DNA of 55,909 nucleotides, filler included, from Stramenopiles sp. TOSAG23-3 (taxonomy: Eukaryota): NCBI GenBank assembly GCA_900128585.1. It is 4 parts of 4 records of this genome, joined end to end, with 100 filler letters (N's around TTAATTAATTAA, not from the genome) between each part and the next. Parts side by side here need not be neighbours in the genome. Positions count along the whole stretch, not along the records: positions 1 to 25,769 come from LT642284.1; 3 more parts are not named here. One strand, given 5' to 3'. The notes under the pieces are model-generated. The model searched no databases and was not told the origin of the DNA. It was given only the letters and a program-made list of their open reading frames with translations. This document shows positions 1-10,423 of the stretch, piece after piece. The position numbers and the translations under genes were made by a program. Positions within the stretch are counted from its first letter, which is position 1. Every line of letters begins with the position of its first letter.

Positions 1-79
1 CTTCTTCTTCTTCTTCTTCTTCTTCTTCTTCTTCTTCTTCTTCTTCTTCTTCTTCTTTCTTCTTCTTTCTTCTTCTTCT
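1..79. repeat. (CTT)n microsatellite
   Basis: Near-perfect CTT run at the window start. Confidence 0.97.
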
Positions 80-420
80 AATTAAATCTATTTCTTCCTT
101 CCTATTTATAATTATAATAAGACTACTGTATTACTACTTGGTAAAGAGACATTTCCTTTTTATTACATTGAAAACCTATTACACAAACAACAACAAAAAC
201 ACCTTCTTCTTCTTTTTTTTTTTTTATGAATGAAATGAGATGACGGCGGCGCGACGATCATTTTTTCCCTTTTTTTTAGGATGATGATCCTGGGTTTTAT
301 AAGAAATACATTTTCATGAAAAGTAAAGTAACACATGAAGTAACATGGTGTAAAAAATTAAATGGTGTAGGCTTGGAAACATCGTTTGTTTGGTTGAATT
401 GAACGAACGGTTGTGTTAAA

Positions 421-1521
421 ATGAGCGCTGGTTACAGGGTGTTGCCGACCGGCGAGGAGGAGGAGGAGGGCGGTGAAGCGCCGAGTGACGCTTTCGTGGT
501 TCGTGTCAAGACCCTGACGGGTGAGCACCGGCTTAGTGTAGATAGGGATATTAGGGTGAAAAAATTGTACAGGCAAGTGTTGGAGGAGTGTTTTTCGCAG
601 GATGAGTGTCGGGGGAAACGGCTGCGGTTGATATATAGTGGGAAAGTTTTGGAAGAGGACCTGACGTTGGGGGCGTATTGCAGGGCAGTCGACGGGCAGC
701 TGCCGAAGGAGATGGTGGTTCACGCACCCCTCTCTGAGGTCCAAGTGGCGGCGCACGAGCCCCGAAACGTTTTCGATGGTAGTGGTCAAGGCGACCTGGA
801 GGCCGGGACGCCGAGGGGGTTCGATAGGCTGGCGCTCACGACCCAGTACACTGCGGACGACGTTGCCCTTATTCGCAACACGTTTTACCAGGACGTCATA
901 GACTATGCGGAAACCCGGCCCGAACGGGAGGGCGAGGACGAACGGCAGCGAATGTACCGCATGGAAGAGGAGTGGATAAGCCGCCAAAGCGCTGACTCAG
1001 ATTTTGCGAGGAACGTAAGCTCTGCTGGGTCGCGGGAGGCGGGGCACTTGCGTGCCCAACGGGCCACGTTCAACCGGCGCCTGGCGGAGTGGTTGCAAGG
1101 CCCCTTGGCAATGGGCAATCGACGAACGGGGAGGCGGAGTCCAAACCAAAACAATAGGGGAAGCAACGCGGACGAGGACAGTGATGGGGGTGAGTTCAAC
1201 GACGAGGAAGACTTGGAAAGGGCTGGTAGAAATGGCGGGCGGGCGCCCGCGCCAAACCCGCAGGATGGCCGAAGGAAGCACATTGAATTTTTGTTTGGGT
1301 TTTCATTGGGGTTCATTTTGGGTGTAATCATGCTTTGCTTTATTTGGGACGACAATGTCTCGAAATACTACCGGGCGGGGGTGATGTCTGGCGTAATTTG
1401 CAACATGTCCGTGTCTCCGGAGCATCACAGTAGTGTCAAGGCCAGCAAGAAGAAGGACGAGAAGGCTGCTGGAGGGGGCATGGAGAGTGAGTTCGAAGGG
1501 TTTTCGACGGTCATTCAGTAA
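421..1521 (+). CDS. DSC3: Dsc3-like protein (N-terminal ubiquitin-like domain, DUF2407-type C-terminus with TM hairpin); DSC/Tul1 E3 ligase subunit
   Basis: Ubiquitin-like segment (VRVKTLTG...RLRLIYSGKVL), then GFDRL...IRNTF...MEEEWI motif and hydrophobic FLFGFSLGFILGVIMLCFIW...GVMSGVICN tail, as in Dsc3. Confidence 0.8.
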   Translation: MSAGYRVLPTGEEEEEGGEAPSDAFVVRVKTLTGEHRLSVDRDIRVKKLYRQVLEECFSQDECRGKRLRLIYSGKVLEEDLTLGAYCRAVDGQLPKEMVVHAPLSEVQVAAHEPRNVFDGSGQGDLEAGTPRGFDRLALTTQYTADDVALIRNTFYQDVIDYAETRPEREGEDERQRMYRMEEEWISRQSADSDFARNVSSAGSREAGHLRAQRATFNRRLAEWLQGPLAMGNRRTGRRSPNQNNRGSNADEDSDGGEFNDEEDLERAGRNGGRAPAPNPQDGRRKHIEFLFGFSLGFILGVIMLCFIWDDNVSKYYRAGVMSGVICNMSVSPEHHSSVKASKKKDEKAAGGGMESEFEGFSTVIQ

Positions 1522-1805
1522 GGCTGAAGAGGGTGGTGGATGGTGGAACGAAGTGCTTTGTGGATGAATGTGAAGTTTTCAACCGGTGAATATGTTGAAG
1601 TCAACAAACTTTTTAATTAAAACGAAACATATACTCATTTTTACATAAATGCATATAATATTTATTTTTTCGCAGTACATTAATTTTAATTATCATGCTG
1701 CTTAAATAACAGCCAATTTTCTTGTTTTTAAGTTGTTTACGGTATTTATTTTATGACAAACACTCTCTGAAATTTCCAAACACTGCATGGAATTGATCTC
1801 CTTTT

Positions 1806-3398
1806 TTAAATCGCACTGCTTTCGTCTACCCCTCTGTACTGCGACTGCGACAGCGCATCCGTCAATTTGGTCTTGTTTATCGTCAGCAAAAGCAACATGG
1901 CAATGAAGCTAAGGCCAGAGAGGATGTACAAATAAAGCTGTGGGAAATGCATGGTCTTGACCGAGTACTGAAACAAGGCCCCCAAGACCACTGGTACCCA
2001 CAGGGTCGTGATCGCTTCTACGGCCGCAATAGAGGTCAAGGCAACCCCTTGCTTGCTCGAGTCGAAGGATTTGCTGACCATGCTGCGCACGAGGGGCATC
2101 ATGAGCCCGCCAAGGACGTTGAGCATGCCGATGCAGAAGAAGGCAAACGGGGACGCGACGAAGGCCTGGGCCAGATACATCCCACCGAAGGCAAAGGCGG
2201 ACAAAATCATCACGTGCAACTCCTCCATTCGGGCCCAGCGTGGCCCTTTGAAAAACAAGTAGTTGAAGAACCAGACCCCTGCCGCCCGGACGACCCCAGT
2301 GATCGATGCGTACACCCCCTGCTGTTCCGACTGCCAGTCGAACTGCAGCTGGGCGTACGAGCCACTGATGACGGCATTCCCCAGCAGGGAACAGAAGTAC
2401 AGCATGAAGGACGTGACGATCAGCACTACCGGAAGCGGGCGCTTGACGAGCGCCCACAGCACCGTCAGCAAGTTGAACTGCCAGAACAACTCGGTGCAGC
2501 TTAACTTTTCCGAAACATCGTCCTCGCTGCCTTGCACCATGGTGTTGTAGTTCGAAAAGCTACTGTTCCGGCTCGAGCGCGCGCTCCCGCTGATGGTTCT
2601 CTTGGCATCCCGGGAGAGCCTGGCGAAGCTTCGACTGGCGGGCATGAAGAACACGTACACGACCAGGGCCGATGCCAAAATGATCAAGGACAGCAGGGTG
2701 GTCTGCGACCCGTACGTTTGTTGCAAGAACCCGATCAGCAGTGGGCCCAAGGCGCCCCCTAGGTAAAGCATGGACTCTGCGACGCCAAATACAATCGACC
2801 TGTGGCGCTCTGGCGTCAAGTCTGCCGCGTAGGCAAACGAGCACGCCAAAAACCCAGGGTAACCGCCGGACAGGCCGTTGAAAACGGCGCCAATTAGGCA
2901 CCAGGAGGGGTGAAGGTTGAACAACACACACAGGTAGACCGCCAGGGCGTTCAGCGCTTGCCCGAACGCGGCCAGGGCGAGGACGACCCGTCGGCCCAAT
3001 ACGTCCGTGTATGACGCGATTGTCCCGCTGGTGATGCAGCTTGCAAAGCCCAGCGTTGTGAGCATGATCCCGTTCCACTTCGTCGTCTCCGCTATGACGT
3101 CTTTGTCTTTGTCGCACGGCACCCCGACGTGCCCGGTGTGGTTCGACCCGGACGCGTCCAGCGGCGACCCGTTCCGTATGTGGTAGCAAATCACACTCTG
3201 CAGCCCGTACCGGTACGAAATGGACGAGCCAAACATAACAACACAAAACAACAACAGAGCGGGGTAGATCGCCGCCGCAGCAGGTATTTTGTACGACCCA
3301 CACTTCACCAAGAGCGGAACGTCCGCATAGTCCTCCTCGTCGTCGTTCTCCACCCTACCCTCACCGAACGGTTCAAGCTTCTCTCGTAAATGACTCAT
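1806..3398 (-). CDS. MFS transporter (SLC46/tetracycline-exporter-like), ~12 TM
   Basis: MFS motif A (YTDVLGRRVVL), FAYAADLT and about 12 hydrophobic helices. First ATG at 3398; the ORF track starts at an upstream TTG. Confidence 0.9.
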   Translation of the reverse strand: MSHLREKLEPFGEGRVENDDEEDYADVPLLVKCGSYKIPAAAAIYPALLLFCVVMFGSSISYRYGLQSVICYHIRNGSPLDASGSNHTGHVGVPCDKDKDVIAETTKWNGIMLTTLGFASCITSGTIASYTDVLGRRVVLALAAFGQALNALAVYLCVLFNLHPSWCLIGAVFNGLSGGYPGFLACSFAYAADLTPERHRSIVFGVAESMLYLGGALGPLLIGFLQQTYGSQTTLLSLIILASALVVYVFFMPASRSFARLSRDAKRTISGSARSSRNSSFSNYNTMVQGSEDDVSEKLSCTELFWQFNLLTVLWALVKRPLPVVLIVTSFMLYFCSLLGNAVISGSYAQLQFDWQSEQQGVYASITGVVRAAGVWFFNYLFFKGPRWARMEELHVMILSAFAFGGMYLAQAFVASPFAFFCIGMLNVLGGLMMPLVRSMVSKSFDSSKQGVALTSIAAVEAITTLWVPVVLGALFQYSVKTMHFPQLYLYILSGLSFIAMLLLLTINKTKLTDALSQSQYRGVDESSAI

Positions 3399-4308
3399 GG
3401 TTGAAACAAAATCCAATCAATCACTACTTAATAATACGTACTTATACACAAATACACATAAACTCCTTCAAATCTTTTTCTTCCTTTGTAAACATGTAAC
3501 CATTCTTCGTTTCCTTTTCTTTCGTTCATCATTTCTATAAGACAAGACATTTTTAAATCTAAATATAATTAATGCGTATAGGTTCAAATTATCTCCTATA
3601 TTATTATGGGTATTTTGGTAGAAGAAGAAGAAGAAGAAGGAAGGGGAAGGAATGAAGGAAGATGAAGGAAGGAAGGAATGGAAGGAATGAAGAAGCAAAG
3701 TTGGCGACGACGGCTTTTTCTTTTTTTTTCTTGGGGCCCTCCACTTTGTCGATGCTGTAGCCTGTATTAATTTAAAGAAGAAAGGGTTCTTCTTAGAATA
3801 AAAAATATTATAAATACATGTACACAGCATAGAATATGGTGGAAAAAGAAATCCCATTCGGAGAAATTATTATTGTCATTTCGAGCTGAAAACAAAATGA
3901 TACTTTTCAGGAATTTATAGTATTTATATTTATATTTAAAATACAATTGAATGGTAATAGAATATAATATGAAAACTTTAATTCATAGTTGAATATATTT
4001 TCCTTAAACAAATCAATGAAAAGATTTATGGTGGCTAGACTTGATTTTAACTAGGATGTAATTTATAGTTATAATAATACATAGACTACGTATTAAAAAA
4101 ATACGTGAGAGGATGCCATCCACCATTGAACTTGAGAACCAAAGACCGGTAAACCAATGAAAACCAACCTTGCTTCTTTTTTCGTTCGACGATGAAGTCA
4201 CACTTCCCTGGTCTGTACTTGAACTGACGATAGAAAAGGTTTTGCCGTCCTTCCTCCCCTGTCCGTATGCGCCTTGCCTTGCCATCCTGTAAATAATGCG
4301 ATCCAATG

Positions 4309-5493
4309 TTACTGAATCGTGCAGGATTTCTTTCGTGCAACCTGCTTCTTTAACTCTGCCAATTCCTTCTGCAAATGGGTGACGTCGTCCTTCGTCGCCT
4401 CGTAGTTTTGGACGTGAGCTTTGTGCTTGGACTGGACCTTTTTCATGGCCCTAAGGATCTCTCGGTGGCCGGCGGGCTGTTTGCCGCTGGATGATTCTAC
4501 TTCGGCCGAGTCGTCGCTCTCGCCCCGGCCCCGCCTGGACTTGATCCCGACGTCCACGGTGTCGAACTGGATGTCTTCCAGCTTGTTCTTGAGGGCCATC
4601 AGCTCCGTTTTGTGCTCTTCCTGAAAGTCCTGCAACGTGTCCACGTTCTCGAGGTGCGCCTCCTGTTTAAACTCTATCTCTTCCAGCCGTTCCAGGGCCT
4701 CTTTCAAATCGTTCTTCAGCTTGGTCATCTTCATCTCTTTCTTTATTTGCTTGTAAAACGTGTGGAGCTCCTTGTCTATCTTGCGGCCTAGTGCCGCACG
4801 TAGCTCCATCACCTCCGCTTGCGCGTGCCGCTGCGCGGCGTTCTCAATGTCCTGCTCTATTTCCCCCATCCTGCCCCCCATGCGCTCCAGCTGCAGGCGC
4901 AACTTGGCCCCTACGTCGTTGATCGATTGGGCAGCGTCGTACCCGATGAGCTCTACCTTGTCGTTCAAGTCAATGACCCCGCGCGCGGCCCCGAGAATGC
5001 GCTTCACCTCGTGGGACCCTGCGATTTCAATGGGCGTCTGGTTCAGCCCGTCCCGGGCCGTTGGCTCGGCCCCGTGGTTGAGCAACCAACGGACGAGGGC
5101 GGCGTGGCCGTTCCACGCGGCGACGTGGAGAGGGGCGGAGCAGTCCAAGAACCGCATGGCCGAACCCAATCCTATCTGAAATCCCATGTCAAATATACGC
5201 TGGTTGATGGACATGGGGTGCTCCTTTATTGTTTTCTCGACGGTGGCCACGTCCCCGTCGCACAAGGCCAGGAAGAGGTTGCGCTTCCACGCAATCTGTG
5301 GCAGAAACATTTCCCTCTCGCCGTACCGCTGTTGGCGATGGGAAATTTGGGACCGAATGGTGTTGGTCGAGTTTCTCAACGGGTTCCTCGTACTAGCAGA
5401 TCCCGAGCGCCTCGGAGATACGGTAGCCGTCTTCGGCTTGTCCAGCGTTGGCTCGATGACTTCGTCCTCTCCGCCTCGGTCAGTTCGCCACAT
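4309..5493 (-). CDS. Ankyrin-repeat plus coiled-coil protein with C-terminal CaaX box
   Basis: APLHVAAWNGHAALVRWLLNHGA ankyrin repeat, heptad-rich C-terminal half, ends RKKSCTIQ*. ATG at 5493. Confidence 0.85.
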   Translation of the reverse strand: MWRTDRGGEDEVIEPTLDKPKTATVSPRRSGSASTRNPLRNSTNTIRSQISHRQQRYGEREMFLPQIAWKRNLFLALCDGDVATVEKTIKEHPMSINQRIFDMGFQIGLGSAMRFLDCSAPLHVAAWNGHAALVRWLLNHGAEPTARDGLNQTPIEIAGSHEVKRILGAARGVIDLNDKVELIGYDAAQSINDVGAKLRLQLERMGGRMGEIEQDIENAAQRHAQAEVMELRAALGRKIDKELHTFYKQIKKEMKMTKLKNDLKEALERLEEIEFKQEAHLENVDTLQDFQEEHKTELMALKNKLEDIQFDTVDVGIKSRRGRGESDDSAEVESSSGKQPAGHREILRAMKKVQSKHKAHVQNYEATKDDVTHLQKELAELKKQVARKKSCTIQ

Positions 5494-5890
5494 ATTGGAA
5501 GGGAAGGGAAGGGAAGGAAAAGAGAACAAGTTATTGAATCGGTCCGTTGATTGGTGGCGTGTGTGTCAGTGTCTACAATACAAAACGCTAAACAAAAACG
5601 AAATTTATGTATATTCGGTCTTTTCTGTGTCAACCAAATTGTATTAAATCTTCAGCCTTCATAATAATAACACATATTAACCTCTTCTCATTCTTTCCAT
5701 TTCAATTTCAATTCTTTCTTTTTTTGTCATTCAAGCAACAACAATCATATCAAGAAGGTGATGTAGTAGGTAGTAGGACGACTAAAAATTATTATAATTT
5801 TTTCATTTTTTTATAAAATAATAATAAAAAAATAAAAAATGTGTCTTCTTATAGTTCTCCTTGTGTATATGTATTGTCGGTTTTAACGTA

Positions 5891-6066
5891 AAAAAAGAAG
5901 AAGAAAGAAAAGAAGAAGAAGAAGAAAGAAAAGAAGAAGAAAGAAAAGAAGAAGAAGAAAGAAGAAGAAGAAGAAAGAAAAGAAGAAGAAAGAAAAGAAG
6001 AAGAAGAAGAAAGAAGAAAGAAAAGAAAAGAAGAAGAAAGAAAAGAAGATTTTCTTCTTCTTTTCT
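5891..6066. repeat. Imperfect (GAA/GAAA)n purine tract
   Basis: Seen directly; lies in a divergent intergenic region. Confidence 0.95.
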
Positions 6067-7219
6067 TTTCAACAATCTTCTCATCAATCATCACAATGCA
6101 TCCTATTGACTTTTCAATAAATATAACGGTTCAGTTATAAATAACATTGACATAGCATAGAATAGCCAACGGTATTTCATAAAGTACAATATATTTTATA
6201 TACTAAAAAATATTTAACCTATACAATACAATTCAAAGGATTCCAAGCATTCCTTGAAAATCAATACTGATCCATTATATAATAACCTGTTTATAATTAA
6301 CCCAAATTAACATCACAAACACCTATGTAAAACTGTATTTGTATACTTGTACTTAACCATCAGATTTTTCCTGGAACTCGCGTCGTTCATTAAGTATAGT
6401 ATTATATAGGTATATAAATATATTAGTATAGATGAAACTGATTTGTTTTTCTTGTCCTATATTTGTTCTTCTCCTTATTTCTATATTAATGATAAAAAAC
6501 CTTCATTGAAACCTTCTTAAATTCTATGCTATGTAATGTACGAATGAGTATTTATTTGTCTTCATTTCTTCTTCTTCTTCAATTTTGATGATTGATTGAT
6601 TTGATTCCTTTCAATCTCTATGCTGTGTAATGTATATTTTATATTATTATTCTTGTTTGTTGGTAAAAATTCTTCTTCTTTTTTTAAGAAAAAAGAAGAA
6701 GAAGAAAGAAGAGGGCTAAACATAACAGGAAGATAGTATACACACACACCTCGACTCGTCGTCGTCGCTAATAAAAATAATAATAATAATTATTAATAAT
6801 AATAATTTAATAATTGTTTTTTGAAAGAAAAGTAGTGCGTGATATACAAATCAGTTTTGGTAAGAGAAGAATATTGACTAAAGCATGCATCGTAAACTTA
6901 AAAAAGAATTCTTTTGAAGAGATTAGAAAACAAAGAGAGAGAGAGAGAGAGAGACTGATAGGTATTTACGTAGACAAAGAAGAAGAAGCAAAAATCAGAA
7001 TTGCAATTATCACCGTTGAACGATCGCGGTATTTATTCATTTCTTGACGCCACTTTACTTGATCCTTTCTCGTTGGTTTAACCCGTTCGTATTTTGATTT
7101 CGTACTAATTTTTTTCCGTGGGTTACACGCTCGTTGCATACTATAGCCAATCTCTCGCATCGCCGACGGCCCCCTTTCCCGTAGTAAATCTGGTAAATCC
7201 ATACATATATATTTGAAAA

Positions 7220-9386
7220 ATGAGCAAAAAGGAAGCCGCAGAACAGGGGCTCTGGGAGCAGTTGGGAGAGCTGGAGAACGATGAACAGGTAAAGCCTTAC
7301 AAGTGGTCGACGTCCTCGTCGGCCTCGATGGGGGGAAACGGCAATAGCGCCTCGATGTCGACTCCAGGGCGAGAGAACCAGGCTCACACACCAATTCGGG
7401 AGGATCATCCGCCCCAACGGTCGACTGCAAGCGTGGCCAGCAGCGCGGTAGGGATGGCACTGAACTGTGCCAAGCAGGCGTACAGCGTCACCCCGATGGG
7501 GGCGGAGGGAAAGATAAACACGGACTCGGGATACCAGACCCTGATGCAGAACGAGGACGATGGCCCGGGGAAAATCAATTTTACCGGGAGCCTGGAGGAC
7601 GATGACGAGACGACGGGGATGCTTGGGGGGGGGGGGCAAGAGCGGCTTGGCCGCGGATGTGTGGAATACGTTCGGGGGGAACCTGGACGAGTTTTACAAG
7701 CACGCGTACGAATTCTACCACGAAAAGGGCGCCGCGACCTTCATCTGCTCGCGGGTGTCGAACCTGTTGACCCTCTTTTTCACGGTCGCGGTGACCGGCT
7801 TCGTGTTCGTGTGGGTGGACTGGGAGACCCTGAAGAACACGTGCGAGAACAAGAACACGTGCAACAGCCAGTCCTTCATTCGCCAGGATCCTTTGGGCGA
7901 ATTTCACAGCCTGTGGGTCTGGATCGTCCTGTCGTTCTTTGCGTTTTATGCCATCTACTGCACGTGGAACATGTACCTCTTCTTGTTCCACGACATCTGG
8001 CGCATTCGCAGGATGAGCAAGTTTTTTAGGGAGCATTTGAAAATCAGTCCGAGTGAGCTTCAGATTATGTCGTGGGACAACGTCGTCGGCCGAATGCAGG
8101 AGCTTCACCGGTCGGGGAAGCGGGTGGAGATCCACGAGAACCCGCCCAGCGCCCTGGACATTGCCATGCGAATCATGCGGGAGGAGAACGTGTTCATCGC
8201 CCTCGTCAACCAGGGACTTTTTGATTTCGACGTCGGGATCGGGATCTGCTGCTGCAAGATCGCCTCCCTGCCGGTGTACTTGGGGAAAAGTCTGGAGATG
8301 AGCCTGACCAAGGTCGTCGTTGGCGACGTTTTCGACACGCGCTTCCGCGTGCGCCAGGGGTGGCGCGACGGGAGCGCGGCGAGCTGGCTCCGCCGCAAGA
8401 TCCGCCTGTTTGCCGTGCTCAACATACTGGTGATGCCCTTCCTGGTCCTTTTCCTCGTCTGTTACTTTGTGCTCAACGTCGCGCACGAGTTTCACCAGAA
8501 AAATGCCAAGAGCGCCATTCACACGTCCCGCTGGACTCCGCTGGCCAAGTGGCACTTCCGAGAGTACAACGAGCTGCCCCATGTCTTCGAAAAGCGCATG
8601 GCGGGCAGCATACCCCACGGGATGTCGTACCTGCGGCAGTTCCACAACCCGTGGGTGGTCGTCTTCGCCCGCTGCGTCTCGTTCATCGCGGGAGGGATCG
8701 TCGGGGTCATTTTGATTGCCATCTACGTCGGTAATGAGAGCGTCCTGACGATTGAGGTATTTCCCCCGCTGACGCTCCTTCAACTGCTGACGATCTCTGG
8801 CGTGGTCCTCGGCTCCGCGCGGTCCTTCATACCTTCGGTCGCCGCGAAAGAGCACGATGTCCAGAAAGACCCCAACGAGGTGCTCAAAGACATTGCCAAA
8901 CACACGCACTACATGCCGCTCACCTGGCGCGACAGGGGGCACACCAAGCAAGTCTACGACAACGTCTGCAGCATGTTCAAAGCCCCGATCCAATTGTTCC
9001 TGGAGGATTTGCTCAGCGCGCTGCTGACCCCCTACATTCTCTGGTCCATGATCGCGCCCCAATCCGCGCGCATCATATCGACGGTCAACGGTTTGATTGA
9101 GTCGCACGGTCGCTTGGGCGACATATGCGGCCCTGCCACCTTCCAGCGACGGGGGCACTACAGCAAAAGCGAGACTTTTCACTCCGCGCCAACGGTAACG
9201 TCGATGGAAGAGGGGAAATCCGCCGACGGGAACATTGGTGAAAACCTGGAAAGTTCCATGAGCACCTCGTCTTGGGCTGCCATACCGAGCAACGACGTGT
9301 TGGAAGAGCTTGCGAACAGTTGGAACGATCCTGGTGAAAAACTAAAGCTTTCCTTTCAGAATTTTCGATCGGAGCATACGAATTGA
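7220..9386 (+). CDS. ATG9: Autophagy protein ATG9 (lipid scramblase); N-terminus joined across a +1 frameshift at G12 (7625-7636)
   Basis: NLDEFY..AYEFY.EKG, W..VV.R, DIAMRIMREEN..IALVN, RWTPLAKWHFREYNELPHVFEKR, IAKHTHYMP..W, L.TPYILW and GDIC are ATG9 motifs in the 7560-9386 frame. The 7220 frame supplies a Ser-rich N-terminus up to the G run. Confidence 0.92.
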
Positions 9387-9466
9387 ATCTCTCGTTGGTA
9401 TCTTGTTAATTAAATTTCCCTTTTTGATAAATAATATATTGTACAAAAAAGAGTGAACTTAAACAT

Positions 9467-9612
9467 TAACAGCCAATTTTCTTGTTTTTAAAATTATTTT
9501 TTTTACTTAAATAACAGGGCCATAATAATTTTGTTGTTTTAAAAAACTTTAATAAGAGACATGTCGTACAGACAACAGTGTTTTTACTCTATAAAAACAA
9601 AAAATTGGCTGA
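9467..9612. repeat. Inverted pair of a 25-nt dispersed motif (TAACAGCCAATTTTCTTGTTTTTAA), MITE-like
   Basis: Forward copy 9467-9491 and reverse copy 9592-9612. Further copies at 1707-1731 (identical) and 12854-12878 (reverse, 1 mismatch). Confidence 0.7.
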
Positions 9613-10423
9613 CTATATTATATTTCGAAAACATTATGTTTTTTCTGATTTACAAAGCAACAGCCAATTATTTTTCGTTCTTTTAAATTTAGATATAATA
9701 AATTGAATTAGGTTTTTTTTTTAAACTTTATATTCAAAATTAAAAGTGTGAGCTTTCATTTTCTTCTGTGAAATGAAGTCCTCTTCTTTTGTTGAGCAAA
9801 AAGTATAAAAAAAATGATTTCTGGTATCATATGAAAAAACAAATTATATAGTATGTTTTAAGTCAAAAAAGAAAAGAAAAAAGAAGGTAAAACCGTTCAA
9901 GAACCCAAACTCTGGTATTCATCATTCAAACTATCATAAAGTTGTTTGATATGATGATATTTAAAATATTAATATCATAATAATTATTTCATATATGTTA
10001 TAATTAATATTAATACCAACAACTGGGGTAAAAAATAAAAAATAAAAATAAAATATATAAAAGAATAAGAAGAAGGAAGAACAAAAAAACAACCGTTAGT
10101 TATAATATAAAGAGAAGAAGAAGAGAGATAATACAACAGATAACAAAGAAAAGGGAGAAAAGAATAAGGAGGGAAGGAGGAGAGAAAATAATAATTATTA
10201 TTATTATTATAAAATTTAGATTATTTTATTATTATTATTATATTTTATATCATTTATATATTATTATGTGATAACAACAATTCATTTCACTCACTCATAA
10301 ATATCGAAATTTAATATTTAATAATAATGGGGAAATATTTAATTACTATTTGAGAGCAGAGTAGTTTTAATAAAAGGAGCCTTAGGTCAGTTCTCGATAT
10401 TGCTAGTTAGAACAACAGATAGA

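Noticed and set aside
7581-9182. Long antisense ORF (533 aa) opposite ATG9, and similar antisense/overlapping ORFs across the GC-rich genes (e.g. 358-987, 4819-5550, 49052-49543)
   Set aside because: Expected by-product of high GC at third codon positions on the sense strand; no recognisable motifs.
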